Program-made: the position numbers and the translations under genes | Shown here: piece after piece, positions 1-12,013 of the stretch | Position numbering within the stretch: the first letter of the stretch is position 1 | Layout: the number at the start of each line of letters is the position of its first letter | From: Gemmatimonadaceae bacterium | GTDB lineage: Bacteria; Gemmatimonadota; Gemmatimonadetes; Gemmatimonadales; Gemmatimonadaceae | Assembly (NCBI GenBank): GCA_040902005.1 | Contig: JBBDYA010000093.1 | Span: forward strand, 37,690-99,242 | DNA: 61,553 bases | Direction: 5' to 3' | The notes under the pieces: model-generated | What the model saw: the letters and a program-made list of their open reading frames with translations, nothing else | What the model was told of the DNA's origin: nothing | Databases searched by the model: none

Positions 1-182
1 GCGGACGTAACGGCGGACGTAACGGCGGACGTAACGGCGGACGTAACGGCGGACGCAACAACGGACCTGAAACGGACGTAAAGGCGGACGAAAGAACGGT
101 GGAAAAACGGGCGCAACGGCGAGTCCGCTGTCACGTCCGTCGTCACATCCGCTGTCACGCCCGTCGTCACGTCCGTCGTTTC
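1..182. repeat. Head-to-head 12-bp tandem repeat arrays forming a long imperfect hairpin (left arm truncated by the window edge)
   Basis: 1-94 has about 8 units of GCGGACGTAACG (the first four exact). 123-182 has 5 units of the form GTCCG(C/T)(T/C)GTCAC, approximately the reverse complement. The array ends 3 nt from the stop codon of the minus-strand gene at 186. Confidence 0.9.
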
Positions 183-185
183 GCC

Positions 186-1529
186 TTACCGCCCGATGCC
201 CACCAATCCGATCATGAGGCCACTCTCGTTCGCCTGGCCGCGGCGACGGATCGAAGTGGACAAGCCAAGCTCGTAACCCATCAGCCGCAATCCGATGCCG
301 GCACCCGCCTGCCATCCATCGGTCACCGAAGCGACACCGGCGCGCAATGGAAGGAAGGGCAGGATGCGCCACTCGGCGCCGACGCCCAACCGTGACCGCG
401 GACCGACCACGATCGCATCGTCGCCACCCGTGGACATCTTCATGTCCGCCGTGAGCGTGAGCGATGGCATGACGGCGAACGCCGCGCCAACCGTGAATCC
501 CGGCGAGTACTTCTGGTTCGCCACGATCTCCCGCAGAAACGCCGGCGCCAGCCCATACGCCACCTGATCGAACTCCACGGAGTTGGAGTCCTCGTTGAAC
601 GTGCCGGTGCCCGAAATCGCGGCGAGCATGGTGGTGTCCCAACGGAACGTGCTGAACACATTCTCCGCCATCATGCCCACCTTCCACGGTCCGCCCGACC
701 AGGAGAGCGCGACGTCCGCGCCGACGCCATTGCCGAGCCCAGTGGTCAGGGCGGACACCGGATCGTCCGAGTACGAGGATGTGTACGAGGAATCCGGCAG
801 GATCATCGGAAACCTGAGGTCGAAGTCATTCGCGCCGAGCACGCTGCCATTGTCCTGGGCAATGAGCAGCGCGTTGCCCATCACGTACTTGGCTGTGACG
901 CCGATGGCCGCCCGCTCGTTGGCGAGCATTCCCATCGTGAGATTGATGGGGATGGGCACGGCAAAACTCATCCCCGCGGCAGTCATCGCTCCGGCACGGA
1001 CGCTGGTACCGGTCAGGTCGATGTCCTTCAGCCCTGTATTCCCGGCATTGCCGAAGAGCACGAACGCCTCGTACGCATCCGGACTCAGGCTCATGTTCGT
1101 GTACATCGACGAACCGAACTGGAATCCGATCGGACCCACTGAAAATGCGATGGGCGTGAGGCCGCCGTCGAGACGTACGTGCTGGCCGCCAGCCAGGCGA
1201 ACCTGTTCCAGCCAGTCGCGGCGTGTCTGCACGGGGACGATCTCGCCGCTGAACTCGCTCATGGTGCGAAAGTCGATCGGGTCGAGCCCCACCGATCCGC
1301 CGAGGATGCCGAGACCGAGCGAGAAGAGCGGCCGGCCCGGCATGGCGAGATTCGCGGGGTTCCAGGCGACGGCTTCATAGCCCCGCGCCAGCGCGGTGAA
1401 GTTGCCGCCCATGCCGAACGCAGCCGCGCTGGCGTTGGGGAGCTGGGCAACCGCGAGACTGCCCGTCGAGGAAAGGAGCACGGCAACCACCGCGACGCGG
1501 CGCATCGTGCTCACAGAAGATGCGCGCAT
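186..1529 (-). CDS. Outer-membrane beta-barrel protein, DUF5723/FadL-OmpP1-like
   Basis: Signal peptide; N-terminal AFGMGGNFTALARGYEAVAWNPANL matches the FadL/TraF/DUF5723-type start; C-terminal alternating strands (RLGVGAEWR, LPLRAG). The start may be the second Met (MRRVAVV). Confidence 0.7.
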   Translation of the reverse strand: MRASSVSTMRRVAVVAVLLSSTGSLAVAQLPNASAAAFGMGGNFTALARGYEAVAWNPANLAMPGRPLFSLGLGILGGSVGLDPIDFRTMSEFSGEIVPVQTRRDWLEQVRLAGGQHVRLDGGLTPIAFSVGPIGFQFGSSMYTNMSLSPDAYEAFVLFGNAGNTGLKDIDLTGTSVRAGAMTAAGMSFAVPIPINLTMGMLANERAAIGVTAKYVMGNALLIAQDNGSVLGANDFDLRFPMILPDSSYTSSYSDDPVSALTTGLGNGVGADVALSWSGGPWKVGMMAENVFSTFRWDTTMLAAISGTGTFNEDSNSVEFDQVAYGLAPAFLREIVANQKYSPGFTVGAAFAVMPSLTLTADMKMSTGGDDAIVVGPRSRLGVGAEWRILPFLPLRAGVASVTDGWQAGAGIGLRLMGYELGLSTSIRRRGQANESGLMIGLVGIGR

Positions 1530-1530
1530 G

Positions 1531-2634
1531 TCAGTTTCCTCCGCCGGTACGAATGGTGAGAATCAGTCGATTCGACATCGAGATGGCCATCGTGGGAGTC
1601 ACGGTGATCGGCGCCGCCGATGTCACCGCGCCGCCGATCTCGAAGGCGACCTTTTCTTCTGCTCCGAAGAGATTGGACATGTCAGCACTGTCGAGCGTCA
1701 CGGTCCGCACCTGCGCGGCACCGGTTGGCAGCATGAACGTTTCGGTAACAGCGTCCGACGGCCCTGGCCCGTAGGCAAATCGCACGTTCACAGCACCCGT
1801 GACCGCGAACGGATTGGTGATCGTCATCTCCAGGGTTCCGCTCACGACATTGTCCGAGATGTCGCCAAGCCCGCCGAGGTCGAGCGAGTCGGACTCCGAC
1901 TGCATCGTCCGGTTCGGCACGTTCAGCCCCACCGACGCCACGGTGAGCGTCGGCACGGTGGCCGAGGCGTCGAGCGTGCCGTTGGAGTTGATGGGCACGT
2001 CGTGGTCGCCCAGCGGCGAGTCCATCGTCACGTCCACTGTGATGCTGGCCGTGACCGTCCCGGTGGTGAACAGGATCGTCCGGTTCAGCGGGGTGCCGGG
2101 GGGGAACGGCGTGGTTGCACCGTTGACCGAATCACGCCCGAGCACCACGGATCCGCTCCGCACGACGATGAGCATGAAGCCCTGCGTCTGCGGCCCCGGA
2201 TTCGTGCGCACGAACAGCGGGTCGAACGACATGTTGTTCGTCAACTGCACGTCCACCTGGCCGCCGACGATCGCCGCCGACACGACGTCCGTGGGGAGCG
2301 GCGTTGAGTTGCCCGCGTTCAGTACGAAGGCGGGCTTGGGGGCGTTGGTTCCGTTCAGCGCCACACACGCGGCGCAATCGTTTCCGACGACCCTGCTGAT
2401 GGAAGCACCGCCGACCGACAGCTCGAACGCGCTGCTGTCGGGAAGGATTGTCACCTCACCGGTCGTCGGCAGAAGCTCCGCCACGGAAATCGACATGCTG
2501 GGCGCCGGCAGATTCCATGTCTGCTCGAACCGCGGCGCGGGGTTGTTGCCGAACTCATAGACGTCGCACGCGGCGACACCGATAGCAGCCATGCCGAGCA
2601 ACGCCGCTCGGCGAAGGGGGGGAGAAAATCTCAT
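1531..2634 (-). CDS. Beta-rich lipoprotein of unknown function
   Basis: Start trimmed to MRFSPPLRR; lipobox IGVAAC; stop 1 nt before the barrel gene, so probably an operon. Confidence 0.7.
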   Translation of the reverse strand: MRFSPPLRRAALLGMAAIGVAACDVYEFGNNPAPRFEQTWNLPAPSMSISVAELLPTTGEVTILPDSSAFELSVGGASISRVVGNDCAACVALNGTNAPKPAFVLNAGNSTPLPTDVVSAAIVGGQVDVQLTNNMSFDPLFVRTNPGPQTQGFMLIVVRSGSVVLGRDSVNGATTPFPPGTPLNRTILFTTGTVTASITVDVTMDSPLGDHDVPINSNGTLDASATVPTLTVASVGLNVPNRTMQSESDSLDLGGLGDISDNVVSGTLEMTITNPFAVTGAVNVRFAYGPGPSDAVTETFMLPTGAAQVRTVTLDSADMSNLFGAEEKVAFEIGGAVTSAAPITVTPTMAISMSNRLILTIRTGGGN

Positions 2635-2892
2635 TCGATTACCAGCGTGTCCTGGGAAGTCGCGGCGACGAACAAAGGGGCGCCGCAAGGGTGGGATGGA
2701 GAGGGAGTCTGCCGATGGGGCGAAGCGAAGTCAACGCCTTCGCAAGCCATAATTTACGGTCGGTCCACCACCCGCGCGGTGACGGGGCCCACCGGAAATA
2801 TTTCCATCCTCGACTTCGGCGTCTCTTCGGATATGTTTGACGGACGTTCCTGTGCTGGTTTGGCCAACCACCGGCAGGTAGTGTGTAGAGCG

Positions 2893-3921
2893 ATGTCGCG
2901 TCCGGAAATCACCACACCTGAAGCGCTGACGGATGAGTCCGTCGTGGAGCTGTCGCTCCGCCCCCAGCGGCTGTCCGAATTCATCGGCCAGCACAAGGTC
3001 AAGGAAAGTCTGCGCGTGTGGATCGATGCCGCGCTCGCCCGGCGGGAGCCGCTGGACCATTCGCTCTTTTTCGGCCCCCCGGGATTGGGCAAGACGACCC
3101 TGGCGGAGCTGATCGCCCGCGAGCTGGGCGTCAACATTCGCACGACGTCGGGACCGGCCCTGGAAAAGGGTGGCGATCTCGTGGGCACGCTCACCAACCT
3201 GCGCGCCGGCGACATCCTGTTCATCGACGAGATCCACCGGCTGCGTCCGATCATCGAGGAGTTCCTGTATCCGGCGATGGAGGACTTCAAGATCGACATC
3301 CGCCTCTCGGAGGGACCCAAGGCGCAAACGATCACGATGCCCATCGAGCGGTTCACGCTCATCGGGGCCACCACCCGGTTCGGAATGCTGACGCCGCCGA
3401 TGCGCGCCCGCTTCGGGATCGTGGAGCGGCTGAACTACTACCCCGCCGACGATCTCGAGTTGATCGTGCGCCGCTCCGCGGAGGTGATGAAGGTGGGCAT
3501 CGACGATGGCGGCGCGACGGAAATCGCGAAGCGGTCACGCGGCACGCCGCGCGTGGCCAATCGACTGCTTCGCCGGATCAGGGACTACGCGCAGGTGCGC
3601 GCCGACGGGTTCATCTCGCGCCAGGTGGCGCACGACGGACTCCAGATGCTCGACGTGGACGAGTTCGGACTGGACGACATGGACGCGCGTATCCTCAAGA
3701 CGATCATCGAGAAGTTCGACGGCGGGCCCGTGGGGCTGAACACGGTGGCTGCCGCGGTCGCGGAAGACGGCAACACGATCGAGGAGGTGTACGAGCCCTT
3801 TCTCGTACAGCACGGATTCCTCCAGCGCACGCCGCGCGGGCGGATGGCAACGCCACTGGCGTACCGACACTTCGGGTACACGCCACCGCCGATCGTGCCC
3901 GCGCAGGAAACGCTGTTCTAG
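2893..3921 (+). CDS. ruvB: Holliday junction branch migration helicase RuvB
   Basis: [13 protein letters not shown]; Walker [10 protein letters not shown]; Walker [39 protein letters not shown]. Confidence 0.98.
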   Translation: MSRPEITTPEALTDESVVELSLRPQRLSEFIGQHKVKESLRVWIDAALARREPLDHSLFFGPPGLGKTTLAELIARELGVNIRTTSGPALEKGGDLVGTLTNLRAGDILFIDEIHRLRPIIEEFLYPAMEDFKIDIRLSEGPKAQTITMPIERFTLIGATTRFGMLTPPMRARFGIVERLNYYPADDLELIVRRSAEVMKVGIDDGGATEIAKRSRGTPRVANRLLRRIRDYAQVRADGFISRQVAHDGLQMLDVDEFGLDDMDARILKTIIEKFDGGPVGLNTVAAAVAEDGNTIEEVYEPFLVQHGFLQRTPRGRMATPLAYRHFGYTPPPIVPAQETLF

Positions 3922-3943
3922 CGCTCGCGCTAGCTTTGGCTGC

Positions 3944-6499
<2,556 letters not shown>

Positions 6500-6503
<4 letters not shown>

Positions 6504-7063
6504 ACATTCTGGACATCCGTGTGCTCGGCGACCCGGTGCTTCGCCAGGACACGACGGCGGTGGAGGCGGTCACCGATGAGCTGCGCCAGCTGATCGACGC
6601 CATGTTCGCCACGATGCGCCGGGCCAAGGGAATCGGGCTCGCCGCGCCGCAGGTGGGACGATCCGAGCGGATTGCCGTGGTGGACGTGAACGCGGAAACG
6701 GGGCCGATCGCGCTCGTCAATCCACGGATCCTCTCCGCCGCCGGGACGACCGCCAAGAGTGAAGAGGGGTGCCTGTCCATCCCCGATGTGTTCGGCGACG
6801 TCGTGCGACCGGACGGCGTGGTGGTTGCCGCGCTCGATCGCGACGGCCGTCCGTTCGAGATCGAGGCGGGCGGGCTGCTCGCGCGGTGCCTTCAGCACGA
6901 GATCGATCACCTGCACGGCAAGCTGTTCCTGGACTATCTGAGCGTGCTCAAGAAGCGCAGCGCGATGGCAGAGTGGTCCAAGGTGAAGGATCGCTATCCT
7001 GGCTACGTCCGCCGGCTCACGGATGAAGAGGTGGCGGAGCACCTGAGCGAGGAAGACCTGTGA
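6500..7063 (+). CDS. def: Peptide deformylase
   Basis: GIGLAAPQVG, EGCLS and QHEIDHLHG motifs. Confidence 0.98.
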
Positions 7064-7995
7064 TGCGGGTGCTGTTCTGGGGAACGCCTGACTTCGCGAC
7101 GCCGCCGCTGCGCGCTTTGCTGGGCGAAGGGTTCGACGTCGTGGCCGTCGTGACGCAGCCGGACAAGCCGGTCGGACGCAGCCGGTCCACGGTGAAGTCG
7201 CCGCCGGTCAAGACGGTTGCGCTGGAGGAAGGCATCCCCGTGCTGCAGCCGGCGAAGCCGGCAGGCGACGACTTTCTCGCGCAGCTGCGCGCGCTGGCGC
7301 CCGACATCTCGGTCGTCGTGGCCTATGGGCATCTGCTGCCGGAGAACGTCATCGAACTGCCGCGGCTTGGAACCCTCAACATCCACGCGTCCCTGCTGCC
7401 GCGCCTGCGCGGCGCCGCGCCGATTCAGGCCGCGATCCGGGAGGGGCACGACCACACCGGCGTCACCATCATGCGCGTAGTGCGCCGCATGGACGCCGGC
7501 CCGTGCCTTTTGCAGCTCGGCACCAGGCTCCACGAAGACGAGACCTACGGCGACCTCGCGCAGCGCCTGTCCGAGCTCGGCGCCGCCGCGCTGGTGGAAT
7601 CCCTGGCGCTGATCGAACTCGGGCGCGCGGAGGAGGTGCCGCAGGACGAATCGCTCGCGACGTATGCGCCGAAGATCGATCGCGCCACCACGCGGGTGGA
7701 TTGGTCGCTGGACGCGAAGGCGGTCGCGCGGGTCGTGCGCGCGTACGATCCCCGGCCCGGTGCGGTCGCCACGCTCGACGGGCAGGACGTGAAGCTTTTT
7801 GGCGCGCGCCTCGCGCCGAGTCCGGAATCGGCGGCGGACGGCGAGGTGCTGTCGGTGGACGACGGCGGGATGGTCGTGGCCTGCCGGACCGGAGCGTTGC
7901 GGCTGCTCGAGGTGCAGCCCACGGGCAGGCGCCGGATGGCGACGGCCGAGTGGCATCGCGGGCGAGGCATCGCACCGGGGCAGCGCTTCGGGTAG
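7063..7995 (+). CDS. fmt: Methionyl-tRNA formyltransferase
   Basis: MRVLFWGTPDFA; VVTQPDKPVGR; NIHASLLPRLRGAAPIQ; MDAGP. Confidence 0.97.
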   Translation: MRVLFWGTPDFATPPLRALLGEGFDVVAVVTQPDKPVGRSRSTVKSPPVKTVALEEGIPVLQPAKPAGDDFLAQLRALAPDISVVVAYGHLLPENVIELPRLGTLNIHASLLPRLRGAAPIQAAIREGHDHTGVTIMRVVRRMDAGPCLLQLGTRLHEDETYGDLAQRLSELGAAALVESLALIELGRAEEVPQDESLATYAPKIDRATTRVDWSLDAKAVARVVRAYDPRPGAVATLDGQDVKLFGARLAPSPESAADGEVLSVDDGGMVVACRTGALRLLEVQPTGRRRMATAEWHRGRGIAPGQRFG

Positions 7996-8027
7996 GAGCG
8001 TCGCGCCGGGGCGGGTATCTTTGCTCC

Positions 8028-9380
8028 ATGACTGAGGATGGGCGCGTCGCGCGCGCACCGGGCAGGACGGCGGCGATCACGGAGGCCCGCCATGTGGCGG
8101 CGGACGTCTGCGCCGACCTTCGGAAAGGAGAGTTGCTGGACATGTCGTTCGACCGGCGCTCCGCGCGTCTCGACCCGCGCGACCGGAGGTTCACGCGCGA
8201 ACTGCTGTACGGCATGCTGCGCCGCCGGGCATGGCTGGATGCGTTGCTGGAGGCACGCGTCCGCGGGGGATTGTCGCGGCTGGATGCCGACGTGCACGAC
8301 GTGCTGCGGCTGGGGGCTTACCAGCTGCTCTTCATGCGCAGCGTGCCGAGCTACGCCGCGATCGCGCAGACGGTGGAGCTGGTGAAGGGGCGGCATGGGA
8401 TGGGGTCGGGCGGCCTGGTGAACGCGGTGCTCCGCCGGCTGGACCGGGAGCGGGATGGGATCACGGTGGACCTGCCCGCGGATCCCATCGACGCGCTGGC
8501 GCTGACGGAGTCGCACCCGCGGTGGCTGGTGGCGCGCTGGGTTGCCCGGTGGGGCGAAGAGGAAACGCGCCGGCTGCTTCAGGCGAACAACCAGGAGGCG
8601 CCGCTCGTCGCCCGTCCGGTGCACGCGGTGCGCGAGCAGGTGGAAGCGATGCTCGAGTCATCGGGCGTCACCGTGGCGGACGCGCCGCTGGTCCTCGACA
8701 GCATCGTGCTGGCGAGCTCCGTGTCGGCGCTCACCGAGTTGGGCGCGTTTCGCCAGGGGCTGTTTCACCTGCAGGATCCGGCGTCCACGCTCGTGACGAT
8801 GTACGCGGACATTCCCGAGGGCGCCCGCGTGGCGGACGTCTGCGCGGCGCCGGGTGGCAAGACCATCGAGCTCACGCGGCGCGCGGACGCGGTGTACGCG
8901 AGCGACCTCTCGTTCGGACGCCTGCGCCGCGTACTCGAGAACGTGGAGCGCATGGAACTGCGTGGCGTGTTTCCCTACGTGGCGGACGCCCGTCGCCCGG
9001 CGATTCGCGAGGCCGACGTGGTGCTGATCGACGCGCCCTGCACCGGCACGGGCACGTTTCGCCGGCACCCGGATGCGCGGTGGCGCGTGAAACCCTCGGA
9101 CCTGGCGGTCATGGGCGCGATCCAGCGTGAGATCCTGCGGTCCGCGTCCGCGCTCGTTCGCCCTGGCGGATTGCTCGTGTACAGCACGTGTTCGCTGGAG
9201 GTCGACGAGAATGACGGCCAGATCGAGCGCTTTCTCACCGAGCAGAAGGAATGGAGTCTCGAGCCGCCGGCGGACGGTGCGGTGCCGGCCGCAGTCCTCG
9301 ATGCGGGGCGGCTGCGCGTGCTGCCGCAGCGGCACGGCACGGACGGCGCGTTTGCCGCGCGCCTGCGGAGGGCATCGTGA
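8028..9380 (+). CDS. rsmB: 16S rRNA m5C967 methyltransferase RsmB (Sun/Fmu)
   Basis: NusB-like N-terminus; DVCAAPGGKT; DAPCTGTG; YSTCS. Start trimmed to MTEDGR. Confidence 0.95.
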   Translation: MTEDGRVARAPGRTAAITEARHVAADVCADLRKGELLDMSFDRRSARLDPRDRRFTRELLYGMLRRRAWLDALLEARVRGGLSRLDADVHDVLRLGAYQLLFMRSVPSYAAIAQTVELVKGRHGMGSGGLVNAVLRRLDRERDGITVDLPADPIDALALTESHPRWLVARWVARWGEEETRRLLQANNQEAPLVARPVHAVREQVEAMLESSGVTVADAPLVLDSIVLASSVSALTELGAFRQGLFHLQDPASTLVTMYADIPEGARVADVCAAPGGKTIELTRRADAVYASDLSFGRLRRVLENVERMELRGVFPYVADARRPAIREADVVLIDAPCTGTGTFRRHPDARWRVKPSDLAVMGAIQREILRSASALVRPGGLLVYSTCSLEVDENDGQIERFLTEQKEWSLEPPADGAVPAAVLDAGRLRVLPQRHGTDGAFAARLRRAS

Positions 9381-10114
9381 GCTGGCGCGGCCGGTTGCGC
9401 GGCTTCCTTCCGTACGTGCTGGCCCTGGTGGGCGGATTCATGCTCGCGTTCCTGATCGTGGCCTTCTTCATCTTCCCCGCCGGGGTGATTCCCCGGGACC
9501 TCGCGGTACCGAACGTCATCGGGCTCACGTACGCCGACGCGGAGCGCGCGATGCAACAGGTGGGCTTTCAGCCGGAGCGCGGCGAGCAGCGGTTTCACAC
9601 CGCGGCGCCCAGGGGAACGATTCTGGAACAGCGACCCGCGCCGGGCAGCAGTGAGGTTCCGGGCAGTCGCGTGACGCTCATCGTGAGCGCCGGCCAGAAA
9701 TACGTCACCATTCCCGGGGTGATCGGCATGAGTCGCGAGCAGGCGCTGGGCGCGCTGGAGGCCGCGGGCTTTCACACCGGAGACGTGGTCGAGCGCGCGA
9801 GCAACGAACCGCGTGGTGCCGTGATCGACGCGCGTCCGCGTCCTGGCGTCCAGGCGCCGATTCCGACCAGCGTGTCGCTGGTGATCAGCGCCGGCCCGAC
9901 GATCATCCTGGTGCCGGACGTGATCGGGCGGTCGCTCGACGACGCGAGGATCCTGTTGCAGCAGGTGGGGCTCGTCGTGGGCGAGGTGGGGTGGGCCACA
10001 CCGTCCGCGGTGACCGACGCGGCCGCGGTCGTCATCTCGCAATCGCCGGGGGCCGGCGCCGAGACGATGTCCCGCTCGCGCGTGAACCTCAGCGTGGGAT
10101 CGCGGTTCCCATGA
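9377..10114 (+). CDS. Membrane-anchored protein with three PASTA domains and no kinase domain
   Basis: One N-terminal TM helix, then VPNVIG, IPGVIG and VPDVIG repeats; GTGA overlap with rsmB. Confidence 0.9.
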   Translation: MSWRGRLRGFLPYVLALVGGFMLAFLIVAFFIFPAGVIPRDLAVPNVIGLTYADAERAMQQVGFQPERGEQRFHTAAPRGTILEQRPAPGSSEVPGSRVTLIVSAGQKYVTIPGVIGMSREQALGALEAAGFHTGDVVERASNEPRGAVIDARPRPGVQAPIPTSVSLVISAGPTIILVPDVIGRSLDDARILLQQVGLVVGEVGWATPSAVTDAAAVVISQSPGAGAETMSRSRVNLSVGSRFP

Positions 10115-10800
10115 ACGCGCGCCAGTCGCATCCGGTTCGCATCGCGCCGTCCCTGCTGAGCGCGAACTTCGCGCGGCTCGCGGACGAGGTGGCGATGTGC
10201 GAGGCGGGCGGCGCCGACTGGCTGCACGTGGACGTGATGGACGGGCAGTTCGTGCCGAACCTCACGTTCGGGACCAAGGTGATTCACACGGTCCGCACGC
10301 TGACCGCGCTTCCGCTGGACGTGCACCTCATGGTGGTGGAGCCGGAAAAGTACTTCGACGATTTCGCCGCGGCGGGGGCGACGGGCCTCACCATTCACGT
10401 GGAAGCCGCGCCGCACATGCACCGGCAGCTCGCGCGCATCCGGGAGCTGGGATGCGCGGCCGGCGTGGCGCTCAACCCGGCGACGCCACTGTCGTCCGTG
10501 GCGGACGTCATTCCGATGCTGGACCTGCTGCTGATCATGACCGTGAACCCGGGGTTCGGCGGGCAACAGTTCATTCCCGAGTCCGTGGACAAGGTGGCGC
10601 GGGCGCGCGCGATGCTGGAGGCGGCGCGCTCCAGCGCGGCCCTGGAGGTGGACGGGGGCATCAGCCGGGCGACGATCGCGGCCGTGCACGCGGCGGGGGC
10701 GGACACCTTCGTGGCGGGCCACGCGATCTTTGCGGCGAAGGATCCGCGGGGCGAAATGGTCGCGTTGCGAAACGCCTGCATCACGGAGACGCGCGTATGA
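10111..10800 (+). CDS. rpe: Ribulose-phosphate 3-epimerase
   Basis: IAPSLLSANF; HVDVMDGQFVPNLTFG; MTVNPGFGGQ; EVDGGI. Confidence 0.98.
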   Translation: MNARQSHPVRIAPSLLSANFARLADEVAMCEAGGADWLHVDVMDGQFVPNLTFGTKVIHTVRTLTALPLDVHLMVVEPEKYFDDFAAAGATGLTIHVEAAPHMHRQLARIRELGCAAGVALNPATPLSSVADVIPMLDLLLIMTVNPGFGGQQFIPESVDKVARARAMLEAARSSAALEVDGGISRATIAAVHAAGADTFVAGHAIFAAKDPRGEMVALRNACITETRV

Positions 10801-11339
10801 CGGTGCGTCAGCAGTGGCTGGCGGTCGGCGGCATCGTCGCGGCGCTCGCCGGCACGCTCGGACTCGGCGCGTTCGCCTTGCGGGACGACCTCTTCCCCGT
10901 GGACATCGGCTCGCAGGCGCCGGACTTTGTCGCGCGCACCGTGGACGGCAGCCATCAGGTGCGCACGCTCGAGGACTACCGGGGCAAGGTGATCGTGCTG
11001 AACATCTGGGCCACGTGGTGCGCGCCGTGCATCGTGGAAATGCCCAGTATCGAACGCCTGCACCGGATGTTCCCCGACAGTGATCTGCGCGTGGTAGCCA
11101 TCAGCATCGACGATTTTGTGGGCGCGGATTCCGTGGCCCGCTACGCGCGCGGCCTGGGGCTGTCGTTCGACATTCTGCTGGATTCCACGCACTCCATCGA
11201 GCGCGGGTACCGGGTGACCGGATATCCCGAGACCTTCGTGATCGCGCGCGACGGCACCATTCGCAAGAAGTGGCTGGGCCCCGCGCAGTGGGACTCGCCA
11301 GCGAACGTGGCCCTGGTGCGGGAGCTGCTGGGACCGTGA
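10797..11339 (+). CDS. TlpA/ResA-family thiol-disulfide oxidoreductase
   Basis: N-terminal TM; LNIWATWCAPC; GYPETFVI (cis-Pro loop). Confidence 0.92.
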   Translation: MTVRQQWLAVGGIVAALAGTLGLGAFALRDDLFPVDIGSQAPDFVARTVDGSHQVRTLEDYRGKVIVLNIWATWCAPCIVEMPSIERLHRMFPDSDLRVVAISIDDFVGADSVARYARGLGLSFDILLDSTHSIERGYRVTGYPETFVIARDGTIRKKWLGPAQWDSPANVALVRELLGP

Positions 11340-12013
11340 TTCCGGCGGCCCGTGCCCCACTCGGACTGCGCCGGCGAATCGTCGCCGCGTTCACCGAACA
11401 CCTGTCGCTGAAGGCGTCGGCCGTGCTGCTGGCCATGGCCATGTGGTTCGTGGTGGCCGCGCGCGAACCCATGGAGGACGTGGCGTCCGTGCGCTTCGCG
11501 CCGGTGCTCGACAGCGCGCTGGTGCTGCGCGATCCCACGCCGCCGATCCGGGCGCAGGTGCTGGGCCGGCCGAACGAAATCCTCAAGCTGACGCAGACGC
11601 CGCTGATCATCCGCCGGCAGATCGCCGGCGACGCGCCGGACACCCTCGTGCTGCCCCTGCGCACCAGCGACGTCGAGGTGCCCGCTGGCGTGGAGGTCAT
11701 CGTGCGCGACGTGTTTCCCCATTCCCTGACGCTGCGCTTCGAGCCCACGAGCACCCGGCGGGTGCCGGTGCGATCGGCGATCATGGTGCGCGCGCCGGTG
11801 GGAATGCCGGCCGTGCCCGTGCGGCTCGATCCGGACAGCGTCACCGTGCGGGGGCCGCGCCTGGCCGTGGCGCGCGTGCGCTTCGTCAGCACGCTGCCAG
11901 ACAGCATCGCGCTCGACACCATCGCCCACCTGGTGGACCTCGACACGGCGGGGTTGGGCGTGGTCGTGCAGCCGACGCAGGTCAAGGTGATGTTCCCCCG
12001 CGTGCTGCCGTGA
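11336..12013 (+). CDS. YbbR/CdaR-like domain protein
   Basis: HLSLKASAVLLAMAMWFVV N-terminal anchor; PDSVTVRGP motif typical of YbbR. Confidence 0.7.
   Translation: MIPAARAPLGLRRRIVAAFTEHLSLKASAVLLAMAMWFVVAAREPMEDVASVRFAPVLDSALVLRDPTPPIRAQVLGRPNEILKLTQTPLIIRRQIAGDAPDTLVLPLRTSDVEVPAGVEVIVRDVFPHSLTLRFEPTSTRRVPVRSAIMVRAPVGMPAVPVRLDPDSVTVRGPRLAVARVRFVSTLPDSIALDTIAHLVDLDTAGLGVVVQPTQVKVMFPRVLP

Noticed and set aside
1..182. CRISPR array
   Set aside because: Units are 12 bp, contiguous, have no unique spacers, and no cas genes are present.
99..395. 98-aa ORF with RCHVRRH repeats
   Set aside because: It is a translation of the repeat arm plus the antisense strand of the barrel gene.
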